A stretch of 64,000 nt of DNA. It comes from Candidatus Latescibacterota bacterium (lineage in GTDB: Bacteria > Latescibacterota > UBA2968 > UBA8231). Positions 10,045 to 18,395 of the stretch are shown here, piece by piece. Position numbers and translations under genes: made by a program. The stretch lies in contig OZ220089.1 of NCBI GenBank assembly GCA_964291625.2, positions 384,001 to 448,000 of the forward strand, written 5' to 3'. Position 1 is the stretch's first letter. Every line of letters begins with the position of its first letter. The notes beneath the pieces are model-generated. The model did not search any database. It was given only the letters and a program-made list of their open reading frames with translations, and was not told the DNA's origin.

Positions 10045-10734
10045 TCAGTCGCGAATGCCCTGGCGCAGGATCAGCAGACGCACGAGGTGCATGAGGGCGG
10101 TGGCCGTGGCCGCCACGTAGGTGAGGGCGGCGGCGTTGAGCACCCGCCGGGCGTCCCTGGCCTCGTCGGCGCGCAGGTAGCGCCCGTCGACGAGTTGGGT
10201 CATGGCGCGGGAGCTGGCGTTGAACTCGACGGGCAGGGTGATCAGCTGGAAGGCGACGACGCCGGCGTAGAGCAGGATGCCGATGTCGATCATCCCCTTC
10301 GACTGAAACAGGAAACCGATGATGAAGAGGGGGAAGGCGGCCCACGAGCCGATGTTGGCCACCGGCAGGAAGCTGTGGCGCAGGTTCAGGGCGAAGTAAC
10401 CCGTGGCGTGCTGGATGGCGTGCCCCACCTCGTGGGCGGCCACCGCCAGGCCGGCGAGATGGCGGCCGTGGTAGATGCCCGAGGAGAGGCGCACGACCTT
10501 GTCCCGGGGATCGTAGTGGTCGGAGAGGGTGCCGCCCGTCTCCTCGACGGCGACGTCGACGATGCCCTGCTCGCGCAGCAGGCGGCGGGCCGTCTCGGCG
10601 CCGGTGATGCCGGCGGCGGACCCGACCTGGCTGTACTTGGAGTAGGCGCTGCGCACCCTGGACTGGGCGTACAGGGCCAGGACGATACAGGGGATCAGCA
10701 GGATCATGGTGGGGTCGAAGAAGAGGAAGGGCAC
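10045..10734 (-). CDS. neutral zinc metallopeptidase (Zn_peptidase_2/YugP family)
   Basis: LSDHYDP, AAHEVGHAIQH, TLPVEFNASSRA and AAALTYVA motifs; GTG start with AGGAGG. Confidence 0.92.
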   Translation of the reverse strand: MPFLFFDPTMILLIPCIVLALYAQSRVRSAYSKYSQVGSAAGITGAETARRLLREQGIVDVAVEETGGTLSDHYDPRDKVVRLSSGIYHGRHLAGLAVAAHEVGHAIQHATGYFALNLRHSFLPVANIGSWAAFPLFIIGFLFQSKGMIDIGILLYAGVVAFQLITLPVEFNASSRAMTQLVDGRYLRADEARDARRVLNAAALTYVAATATALMHLVRLLILRQGIRD

Positions 10735-10896
10735 CTCGAGACCTCCTGTGAAGTCGGTTGCTGCGGGGTTCGTCCGGACTCGCCGGACTCCCCTGCTCTG
10801 GAATATATGAACCCGGACCCTCCGCGCCGGTTCCATGCGACCCGGCGGAGGCTCAGCCGCGGGGGCCGCCCCGTTCCCGAGCCCCCACCGGGGGAG

Positions 10897-11640
10897 TCAG
10901 GTAGACGCCTCCGTCCACCGCGGCGACGGTTCCTCGGTGGCTATCCGCACCCGCCTCTCGATGGACCCGCCGCCGTTCGGCTCGCCCTCCTGGGCCACGT
11001 TCACCGGCAGCCGCAGGGTCGGGGGCACGGCGACGCCGGCGGACACGATCATCTGGAAGGCCGCCTCGACGCTGAGCCCGGTGGGCTCGATCTCGTTGCG
11101 CGGCACGATGAGCATGAAACCCGTGGTCGGATTCGGCGCGGTGGGCACGAAGATGCTGTGCGCCGGCGGCCGCCCGTCCTCGAAGGGCACGTCGCCAGCG
11201 AGGAACCCAAGGGTCCACAGCCCCTTGCGGGGGTACTCGAAGAGGACCACCTGCTTGAACCCCGCCTTGTCGGGCGAGGTCATCGTCTCCATCAGCTTGC
11301 GCACGGGGCTGTAGATGGTGCGCACCAGGGGCAGCCGCTCGATCGCCTCGCGCGCGTCGTGCAGCAGACGGCGGGTGAGCACGTGGGTGGTCACGGTGCC
11401 CACGACCCAGAGGATGAGGATGGTGAGCAGGAACCCGATGCCCCGGTAGTACCAGTCCGGATCGCCGGCGATGGCGGCGAAGGGCCGGATGAGGGGGCGG
11501 GAGAACCGGTCGGCCCAGTTGAACAGCGTCCACAGGACCCAGCCGGTGATCCACAGCGGGGCGATGACGGTGATCCCCGCCATCAGGGTGTTGCGCAGCC
11601 GGTGCCGGCGGTTGGGCCTGGAGAAACCTGGTCTCTTCAT
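10897..11640 (-). CDS. DUF502 family membrane protein
   Basis: RLPLVRTIY, EYPRKG and FVPTAPNPTTGF motifs. Confidence 0.9.
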   Translation of the reverse strand: MKRPGFSRPNRRHRLRNTLMAGITVIAPLWITGWVLWTLFNWADRFSRPLIRPFAAIAGDPDWYYRGIGFLLTILILWVVGTVTTHVLTRRLLHDAREAIERLPLVRTIYSPVRKLMETMTSPDKAGFKQVVLFEYPRKGLWTLGFLAGDVPFEDGRPPAHSIFVPTAPNPTTGFMLIVPRNEIEPTGLSVEAAFQMIVSAGVAVPPTLRLPVNVAQEGEPNGGGSIERRVRIATEEPSPRWTEAST

Positions 11641-11721
11641 ATCCACGACGATTACCGGAGGGGAGGCCTCACGGCCTGGGGGTCGGGCGGACCTGGGAGA
11701 GAAGAGAGGAGGGCATGGGCC

Positions 11722-11808
11722 AACCTACCCAGGCCCCGAAATGGTGTCAAGACAGTCGAAGGCCGGACCCGGGTCCCCTTTGACACTCTGAATCCCCTCC
11801 TCTACCAT
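11722..11808. promoter_or_regulatory. back-to-back sigma70 promoters (DUF502 on minus, queC on plus)
   Basis: Plus: TTGACA (11780-85)-17bp-TACCAT (11803-08). Minus: TTGACA (11745-50)-17bp-TAGGTT (11722-27). Confidence 0.7.
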
Positions 11809-11819
11809 CGCCTTCCGTC

Positions 11820-12491
11820 ATGTCCCCCGCCTCCGAACCGGCCGTCCTCCTGCTGAGCGGCGGCATGGACTCCACGACCCTGCTGTGGCAGCTGCGCGCC
11901 GAGGGGCGGGACCCTTCCGTGCACACCCTCTCCATCGACTACGGGCAGCGGCACCGGGTCGAGCTCGAATCGGCGGCCGCCCTGTCGGCCCGCGCCGGCG
12001 CCGCCTCCCACCGGGTTCTGCCTCTCGACCCGGGCGCCCTCGGCGGCACCCCCCTCACCGACGCCGGCCTCGACGTGCCCGCCGCCTCGGAAGACCGCCA
12101 AATCGACACGGTGGTTCCCTTCCGCAACCTGCTGTTCGTCACCCTCGCCGCCGGCTGCGCCGAGGGCCTGGGAGCCACCGACCTCTACATCGCTCCCGTG
12201 CGCGACGACTACGAGGCCTACCGCGACTGCCGGCGGGAGTTCTACGACAGCCTGGAGCGGACCCTGCGGCTCGGCGCCGCTCGCGACGCGGCCTTCCGCA
12301 TCCACACCCCTTTCGTGGAGCGCGCCAAGACCGAGATCGTGGCCCTCGGCATCGGCCTGAAGGTGCCCTGGGAGCTGACCCACACCTGCTACACGGGGCG
12401 GCGTCCGGCCTGCGGCCGCTGCGACGCCTGCAGCGAACGCCTGGCCGCCTTCGCCGCCAACGGCGCCGTCGATCCCCTGGCCTACGAGTAG
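11820..12491 (+). CDS. queC: 7-cyano-7-deazaguanine synthase
   Basis: SGGMDS PP-loop, DYGQRH, VPFRN, YRDCR and the Zn site TCY...CGRCDAC. Confidence 0.93.
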   Translation: MSPASEPAVLLLSGGMDSTTLLWQLRAEGRDPSVHTLSIDYGQRHRVELESAAALSARAGAASHRVLPLDPGALGGTPLTDAGLDVPAASEDRQIDTVVPFRNLLFVTLAAGCAEGLGATDLYIAPVRDDYEAYRDCRREFYDSLERTLRLGAARDAAFRIHTPFVERAKTEIVALGIGLKVPWELTHTCYTGRRPACGRCDACSERLAAFAANGAVDPLAYE

Positions 12492-12532
12492 GAGCGGACT
12501 GCTTCGCGGCGCGGCCCCCGGGGAAGGCGGGG

Positions 12533-13108
12533 TCAGTCCACCGGCGCGAGGGTGCCGTCGCGGAGGCGGTATCGCTTCCCGGTGCGGGGGCAGCGGAAGC
12601 CATCGGAGCCGGCGCCCTGCAGCGGGTGGCCTTCCTCGCTCACCCACCCGGACTGGCGCCCGGGCACTCCGTAGACGACGGCGTACGCGGGCACATCGCG
12701 GGTGACCACCGATCCAGCGCCGACCAGTGCGTACTCCCCGACCGTCACGCCGCAGAGCACGGTGCTGTTGGCGCCGAGGGTGGCCCCCCTCTTCACCAGG
12801 ATGGGCTGGAACTCGTGCTTGCGCTCGATGAAGGCGCGGGGATTCACTACATTCGTGAAGACCATGGAGGGGCCGCAGAACACGTCGGACTCCAGGGTCA
12901 CCCCTTTGTACACGGACACGTTGTTCTGCACCTTGCAGCGGTCGCCGATGACGACATCCCGGTCGACATAGACGTTCTGGCCGAGGATGCAGGACCGCCC
13001 GATCCGGGCCCCCGGCATGACGTGGGTGAAATGCCAGATCCGGGTGTCCTCGCCGATCTCGACGGGCTCGTCGACGACGGCGGTACCGTGTATGTAGGGT
13101 TTGCCCAT
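12533..13108 (-). CDS. hexapeptide-repeat N-acetyltransferase (WbpD/WlbB-like)
   Basis: IWHFTHV, LGQNV, KVQNNVSVY, FCGPSMVFTNV and GVPGRQSGW motifs. Confidence 0.88.
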   Translation of the reverse strand: MGKPYIHGTAVVDEPVEIGEDTRIWHFTHVMPGARIGRSCILGQNVYVDRDVVIGDRCKVQNNVSVYKGVTLESDVFCGPSMVFTNVVNPRAFIERKHEFQPILVKRGATLGANSTVLCGVTVGEYALVGAGSVVTRDVPAYAVVYGVPGRQSGWVSEEGHPLQGAGSDGFRCPRTGKRYRLRDGTLAPVD

Positions 13109-13206
13109 GGATGACGCCGTTGTTCCGCGGCGGCTGCAATATACGGGCGCCCGCCGGCAGCGGCTACGCGCATCGACAGCACACCCCGGGAGGAGGTAGA
13201 CCCAGC

Positions 13207-14181
13207 ATGAAGCTCACCACTTTCGCCGTCGACAAGCAGGAGCGCCTCGGCGCCGTCGCCTGCGGCGACCGGATCGTCATCGATCTGGCCGCCGCCGAGC
13301 GCAGCGCCGCCCGCCGCGAGAAGCGCGCGGCCAACGCCTTCTACGGCGACATGATCACCTTCCTGCAGGCCGGCTCCAAGGGCATGGCCGCCGCCCGCAG
13401 GCTCGTGAAGGCGGTCTCCGAGAAGCTCGGCGACGAGCCCAAGGCCGATGGCCGCGGCACCCACCTTCTGAGCCGCGTCAAGCTGCGCGCCCCGGTGCCG
13501 AACCCCGCCAAGCTGTTCTGCCTGGCCGGCAACTACCAGGACCACATCGAGGAGGGCGGCGGCCGCATGGCGGCCCAGGACAAGGAGACGCCACGGGTCT
13601 TCATGAAGCCGCCCACCACGACCGTCGTCGGCCCCGGGGACCGGATCCTCGTTCCGCCGGTGGCCCGCGCCATCGACTGGGAGGGCGAGCTGGCCGTGGT
13701 CATGGGCCGCCGGGGCAAGGCCGTCAAGGCCGCCGACGCCCTCCGCTACGTGGCCGGCTACACCATCATGAACGACGTCTCCGAGCGACAGCTGGTGATC
13801 AAGGAGCGCTCCGCGAGCCGTCCCAAGGACGAGTGGTTCGACTGGCTCAACGGCAAGTGGCTGGACACGGCGGCGCCCCAGGGGCCGTGGCTGGTCACCA
13901 CCGACGAGATCCGCAATCCCCAGGACCTCGACATCAGCACCTTCGTCAACGGCGAGCGCAAGCAGCACAACAACACCGGCCAGATGCTCTACTACGTGGC
14001 CGACATCATCGAGTACATCTCGGCGATCATCACCCTCGAGCCGGGCGACATCATCAGCACGGGCACGATCTCCGGCGTCGGCGCCACCACCGGCACCTTC
14101 CTCCAGCCGGGGGACCGGGTCGAGATCGAGATCTCCAAGATCGGCGTGCTGAAGAACAACGTGGCCGCCAGCAGGAAGTGA
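13207..14181 (+). CDS. fumarylacetoacetate hydrolase family protein
   Basis: GNYQDH, IDWEGEL, NDVSER, GKWLDT and LEPGDIISTGT motifs; GGAGG RBS. Confidence 0.92.
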   Translation: MKLTTFAVDKQERLGAVACGDRIVIDLAAAERSAARREKRAANAFYGDMITFLQAGSKGMAAARRLVKAVSEKLGDEPKADGRGTHLLSRVKLRAPVPNPAKLFCLAGNYQDHIEEGGGRMAAQDKETPRVFMKPPTTTVVGPGDRILVPPVARAIDWEGELAVVMGRRGKAVKAADALRYVAGYTIMNDVSERQLVIKERSASRPKDEWFDWLNGKWLDTAAPQGPWLVTTDEIRNPQDLDISTFVNGERKQHNNTGQMLYYVADIIEYISAIITLEPGDIISTGTISGVGATTGTFLQPGDRVEIEISKIGVLKNNVAASRK

Positions 14182-15401
14182 GCGTCGACCCATCGGGCTC
14201 GACGGGCCCGGCTCCCGTGGGACTGTGGAGCCGGGCCTTCGTCGTTCTCTGCGGCCTCTCCTTCCTCGGCGGCTTCGCCACCGCCCCGTACCACTCCCTG
14301 CTGCCCGTCTACGTCGACGCCGACCTCGGGCGCCTGGCCGTGTTCACGGGATACCTCCGGGCCGTCGCCCTCGCCCTGGGCGGCATCTTCGCCATCGTCG
14401 CGGGACGCCTCTGCGATCTCCTGGGCCTCAAGGTCACCCTCCTCCTCGGGCTGGCCGGGAGCGCCGTGACGGGCCTCGTCTTCCACACCGGCGATGTCCT
14501 CCTCCTGACCCTGCTCACCCTCGTGGCGGGAGCCGCCGGCGGCCCCCTGAGCACCTCGGGCCAGAGCTACCTCATCGCCGCCGCCGGTCCGGTGCGCCTG
14601 GGTCTGGGCGGCGCCCTCTACTTCCTCAGCAGCACCCTCGGGCAGTCCGCCGGGAACCTCTGCACCGGGCTGGTGAAAGAGGACTGGAGCTTCGGCGAGA
14701 TCGGCACGGCCATGGCCCTGCTCTCGGCGGCCGTGGTCCTGGCGGGGATCCTGCTGCTGCCGTCCACCCCCGTCCGTGAAGCACCCCAGGTGGCGCCCCG
14801 GCTGGCCCTCTGGTCGTCGTACCGGCCCCTGCTGGGGCAGCGGAACGTGCACCTCCTCGTCGGGCTGCGGCTGACGATCACCGGCTTCTGGGGCATGGCC
14901 AGCCTGGCCCTGCCCCTGCTCGTCTACCGCGCCAGCGGCTCGGCGGCGACGGCCGCCTTCTACGGGTCGGTGAGCCTCGCCGTGGCCGCTGCCGGGCAGT
15001 TGCTCACCGGCCTGCTGCGGGACCGCTTCGGACGCACGGGGCCCCTGCTCCTGTCCGCCGCCGGCATCGTCGCCAGCGCCGTGGGCCTGGCCTTCGGCAC
15101 CGGGTCGGTCCTGGCCCTCTTCCTCCTCGGCACGGCCCTGTCGACCACGGCCTGGGCGGTCTCGGTCCTGGTGCCCGGTCTCATCGACGAGGTGGCCGCC
15201 GCCGGGGAGAGGAACCGGCTCGTCGGCCTCGGTCACATGGTCTGGAGCGGCGCCATGGTCACCGGCAGTGTCGCCGGGGGCTGGCTGGTCGAGGTCGCCC
15301 CTCATCTCCCCTTCGCCGTCGGCGCCGTCTCCGCGACAGTGGGGGCCCTGTGCCTGTGGCGGCTCTGCACGCGCCTCGACGGCAACCGGGCGGCAGGTTA
15401 G
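14178..15401 (+). CDS. MFS transporter
   Basis: 12-TM pattern, GRLCDLLG and DRFGR motif-A-like loops; the GTG start overlaps the upstream stop. Confidence 0.85.
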   Translation: MSVDPSGSTGPAPVGLWSRAFVVLCGLSFLGGFATAPYHSLLPVYVDADLGRLAVFTGYLRAVALALGGIFAIVAGRLCDLLGLKVTLLLGLAGSAVTGLVFHTGDVLLLTLLTLVAGAAGGPLSTSGQSYLIAAAGPVRLGLGGALYFLSSTLGQSAGNLCTGLVKEDWSFGEIGTAMALLSAAVVLAGILLLPSTPVREAPQVAPRLALWSSYRPLLGQRNVHLLVGLRLTITGFWGMASLALPLLVYRASGSAATAAFYGSVSLAVAAAGQLLTGLLRDRFGRTGPLLLSAAGIVASAVGLAFGTGSVLALFLLGTALSTTAWAVSVLVPGLIDEVAAAGERNRLVGLGHMVWSGAMVTGSVAGGWLVEVAPHLPFAVGAVSATVGALCLWRLCTRLDGNRAAG

Positions 15402-15403
15402 CG

Positions 15404-16543
15404 ATGCAACGCCTCAAGCTGCTGCTGGCCTCGGTGGCCCACTTCTGCGTCGACTCGTACGCCACCATGCTCGCGCCCCTGCTGCCCCTGGTGATGACGC
15501 GCCTCGGTCTCGGCATCGCCGGCGCCGGGTTCCTCGGCACCCTGGTCACCCTGTGCAGCATCACCCAGCCCCTGCTCGGCCTGTGGGGCGACCGCATGCA
15601 CCGGCGCCGGCTGGTCCTCGGCGGGATGGCCATGACCGCGGTCTTCACCCCCCTCATGGGGATCGCCCCGAGCTACTGGGTCCTCGTGGGGATCCTCTGG
15701 CTCGGCGGTCTCGGGGTCGCCGCCTTCCACCCCCAGGCGTTCTCCCTGGCCGGCGAGCTGTGCGGGCCCCGCCGCGGCTTCGGCCTGGCCCTGTTCATCT
15801 TCGGCGGCACCCTCGGCCTCGGGGTGACGCCTCTCTGGGTGCGGCCCTTCGCCGAGGCCGCGGGGCTGGAGTGGCTGCCCCTGGTGGGCCTGCCCGGACT
15901 GCTCGTGCTGGTCCTGGTCTGGCGCTTCCTGCCCCTCGACAACCCCCAGGCCGCCGCCCGCGAGGCCGGCGAGAGGGCCCCCGCCGGCGACGGTGTCCGC
16001 CGGGGCCTGATGCTGATCACCGTCGTCGTCATCCTGCGCTCGGTCACCGGCCTCTGCTTCGGGATCTTCCTCGCCGTCCTGGCCCGGGAGCGGGGCCTGT
16101 CGCCCGAGGAGGGAGACCGCTGGCTGGCGATCTACAACATCTCCGGCGTCATCGGCGCCCTGGCCTTCGGCTACCTCTCCGACCGCATCAGCAAGCGCCC
16201 TCTGGTCTGCTTCTCCCTGCTGGCGGCCAGCCCGGCCCTCTACTTCTTCCTGCAGGCCGACGGTCTCACCGCCTACCTGCTGCTGGGCGTGGGCGGCGGC
16301 TTCCTCCTGGCCTCGAACTCGATCCTGGTCGCCCTCGCCCAGGAGCTGGCTCCCGGGCGCTCGGGGCTGGCCTCCAGCCTCCCCCTCGGCTTCAGCTGGG
16401 GCGTCGCCAGCCTCGCCCTCGGCCCCTCCGGCTACATCGCCGACCGCGTCGGACTCGCCCCGACCCTCGAGTGGCTCGCCCTGCTGCCGCTGGTGACCGC
16501 CGTGGCCGCCCTCTTTCTTCCGGACCCCTCCCGGCGGAGGTGA
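15404..16543 (+). CDS. MFS transporter (Fsr-like)
   Basis: HFCVDSY, QPLLGLWGDR, AAFHPQA and GYLSDRI motifs. Confidence 0.88.
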   Translation: MQRLKLLLASVAHFCVDSYATMLAPLLPLVMTRLGLGIAGAGFLGTLVTLCSITQPLLGLWGDRMHRRRLVLGGMAMTAVFTPLMGIAPSYWVLVGILWLGGLGVAAFHPQAFSLAGELCGPRRGFGLALFIFGGTLGLGVTPLWVRPFAEAAGLEWLPLVGLPGLLVLVLVWRFLPLDNPQAAAREAGERAPAGDGVRRGLMLITVVVILRSVTGLCFGIFLAVLARERGLSPEEGDRWLAIYNISGVIGALAFGYLSDRISKRPLVCFSLLAASPALYFFLQADGLTAYLLLGVGGGFLLASNSILVALAQELAPGRSGLASSLPLGFSWGVASLALGPSGYIADRVGLAPTLEWLALLPLVTAVAALFLPDPSRRR

Positions 16544-17214
16544 CCCCCGCGAACCCCAGCGAAGGAGACCGCCCCTTGTACGAACTCTGGAAACCGATCT
16601 ACACGGCCCTGGCCGCCGACGTCATGGACGCCCTCGGGTACCGGGAGCAGGCCCTCGACCACGGCGTCCGTCCCGCCCACCCCGCCAGCGCCTTCGCCGG
16701 CCCGGCGGTCACCCTCGACGCCCACCGCCACGAGGAGCCCCACGACGATCCCTACGGCCTGATCTTCGAGGCCTACGACCGGGTGCGCCCCGGGGACGTG
16801 ATCCTGGTGGCCACCAACGGCGAGGTGCGCTCCGGCCTGTGGGGGGAGCTGTTGTCCACGGCCGCCGCCGCCCGCGGGGTCAACGCCGTCGTCACCGACG
16901 GTCTGGTGCGCGACGTCCGCCAGATGAACGACATGGGCTTTCACTGCTTCTGCCGCGGCTTCTCCCCCCTGGACTCGGCGGGGCGGGTCCTGCCCACCGG
17001 GGTGCAGGTGCCGGTCACCTGCGGCGGCGTCCGGGTCGAGCCCGGGGACTTCGTCCTCGCCGACTACGAGGGGGTGGTCGTCATCCCCGCGGCGATCCGC
17101 GACGAGGTGCGGGCCCGGTGCCTGGAGAAGCTGGAGGGGGAGAACCGCGTGCGCGACGAGCTCGCCTCGGGGCGCTCGCCGCGGGAGGTCTTCGACGAGT
17201 ACGGGATCCTCTGA
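16540..17214 (+). CDS. RraA/HMG aldolase family protein
   Basis: WGELLS, DGLVRD and PGDFVLADYEGVVVIP motifs; alternative TTG start at 16576. Confidence 0.88.
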   Translation: MTPANPSEGDRPLYELWKPIYTALAADVMDALGYREQALDHGVRPAHPASAFAGPAVTLDAHRHEEPHDDPYGLIFEAYDRVRPGDVILVATNGEVRSGLWGELLSTAAAARGVNAVVTDGLVRDVRQMNDMGFHCFCRGFSPLDSAGRVLPTGVQVPVTCGGVRVEPGDFVLADYEGVVVIPAAIRDEVRARCLEKLEGENRVRDELASGRSPREVFDEYGIL

Positions 17215-17225
17215 GCCCGCCGGGT

Positions 17226-18395
17226 TCAGCTACCGGCGGCCAGGGCCGCCTCGAAGTCGGCCCACAGGTCCTCGGCCGCCTCGATGCCGACGGCGACGCG
17301 CACCAGGCCGTCGCCGATCCCCAGGGCCCGCCGCCGCCCGGGGCTCTGGCCGGCGTGGGAGCTGACCGCGGGCCGGCTCACCAGGGTCTCCACCCCGCCG
17401 AGGCTGGGGGCGTCCACGGCCAGCTCGAGGCGGTCGATCAACCGTCGGGCGGCCTCGGCGTCGCCGAGGTCGAAGCTGAGCACGCCGCCGCAGCCGGCGA
17501 ACCAGCGCCGGGCGCGCTCGTGTCCGGGATGGCCGGCCAGCCCGGGGTAGTGGACGGCGGCCACGGCCCGGTGCGCCTCCAGCCGCCGCGCCAGGAAGAG
17601 GGCGTTGTGGTTCTGCTGCTCCACCCGCAGAGCCAGGGTCTTCAGCCCCCGCTGCAGCAGGAAGCAGGCGTGGGGATCGAGGACGCCGCCGAGGTGGTTC
17701 ATCTTGTGGGTGATCCGCCGGACCCGCTCCGCCGTGGAGACGACGGCGCCGGCGACGATGTCGGAGTGGCCGTTGAGGTACTTCGTGGCGCTGTGCAGCT
17801 CGACGTCGAAGCCGGCCTCCAGGGGCCGGTAGTTGACCGGCGAGGCGAAGGTGTTGTCGATGACGGAGACGATCCCCCGCTCCCGGCAGAAGGCGGTCAC
17901 CGCCTCCAGGTCGGCCACCTCCAGGAGGGGGTTCGTCAGGCTCTCCACCAGGAAGGCGCGGGTGTTCGGCCGCGCCAGGTTCGCCCACTGCTCGGGGTCG
18001 TCTCCTCCGACGAAGTCGATGTCGATCCCGAGGGCCGGCGCGTCCTCCGTGAGGAAGCTGAGGGTGCCGCCGTAGAGGCAGTCCTGCGCCAGCAGGTGGG
18101 GCCGCTCCCGCCCCGGCTCCGATTCCAGCAGGGTCAGCAGGGTGGTGGTGATCGCCGCCATGCCCGAGCCCGCCACCACCGCCGCCTCGCCGCCGCAGAT
18201 CCCGGCCAGCCGCGCCGCCAGGTCCCGGTGGTTCGGGGAGTTGCTCAGCCGCAGGTAGCGGATGTCGTCGTACGAGGCGGTCTCCTCCGCCTCCCAGGTG
18301 GCGCTCTGGAAGACGGGCTGCACCACCGACCCCTCGACCCGGTCCAGGCCCCCGTGGATCAGGCGGGTGCGCAGGTCGCGGCGGCGGCCGCTCAC
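17226..18395 (-). CDS. PLP-dependent trans-sulfuration enzyme (cystathionine gamma-synthase/gamma-lyase family)
   Basis: SGMAAI, ESLTNP, DNTFASP, HSATKYLNGHSD (PLP lysine) and SLGGVETL motifs; the GTG start overlaps the upstream stop. Confidence 0.92.
   Translation of the reverse strand: MSGRRRDLRTRLIHGGLDRVEGSVVQPVFQSATWEAEETASYDDIRYLRLSNSPNHRDLAARLAGICGGEAAVVAGSGMAAITTTLLTLLESEPGRERPHLLAQDCLYGGTLSFLTEDAPALGIDIDFVGGDDPEQWANLARPNTRAFLVESLTNPLLEVADLEAVTAFCRERGIVSVIDNTFASPVNYRPLEAGFDVELHSATKYLNGHSDIVAGAVVSTAERVRRITHKMNHLGGVLDPHACFLLQRGLKTLALRVEQQNHNALFLARRLEAHRAVAAVHYPGLAGHPGHERARRWFAGCGGVLSFDLGDAEAARRLIDRLELAVDAPSLGGVETLVSRPAVSSHAGQSPGRRRALGIGDGLVRVAVGIEAAEDLWADFEAALAAGS

Noticed and set aside
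11650-11819. preQ1 riboswitch upstream of queC
   Set aside because: The promoter lies 11 nt from the ATG, leaving no room, and there is no A-rich preQ1 tail.
7672-11856. 1394-aa plus-strand ORF and many other long ORFs (e.g. 508..1980, 18401..20938, 27052..29838, 1959..4937)
   Set aside because: These are antisense or off-frame shadows of well-supported genes, expected at very high GC; they are Arg/Gly/Pro-rich with no motifs.
11820-12491. queC as part of a defence or DNA-modification system (Qat, Dpd, CBASS IV)
   Set aside because: It has canonical length and motifs, with no partner genes nearby.
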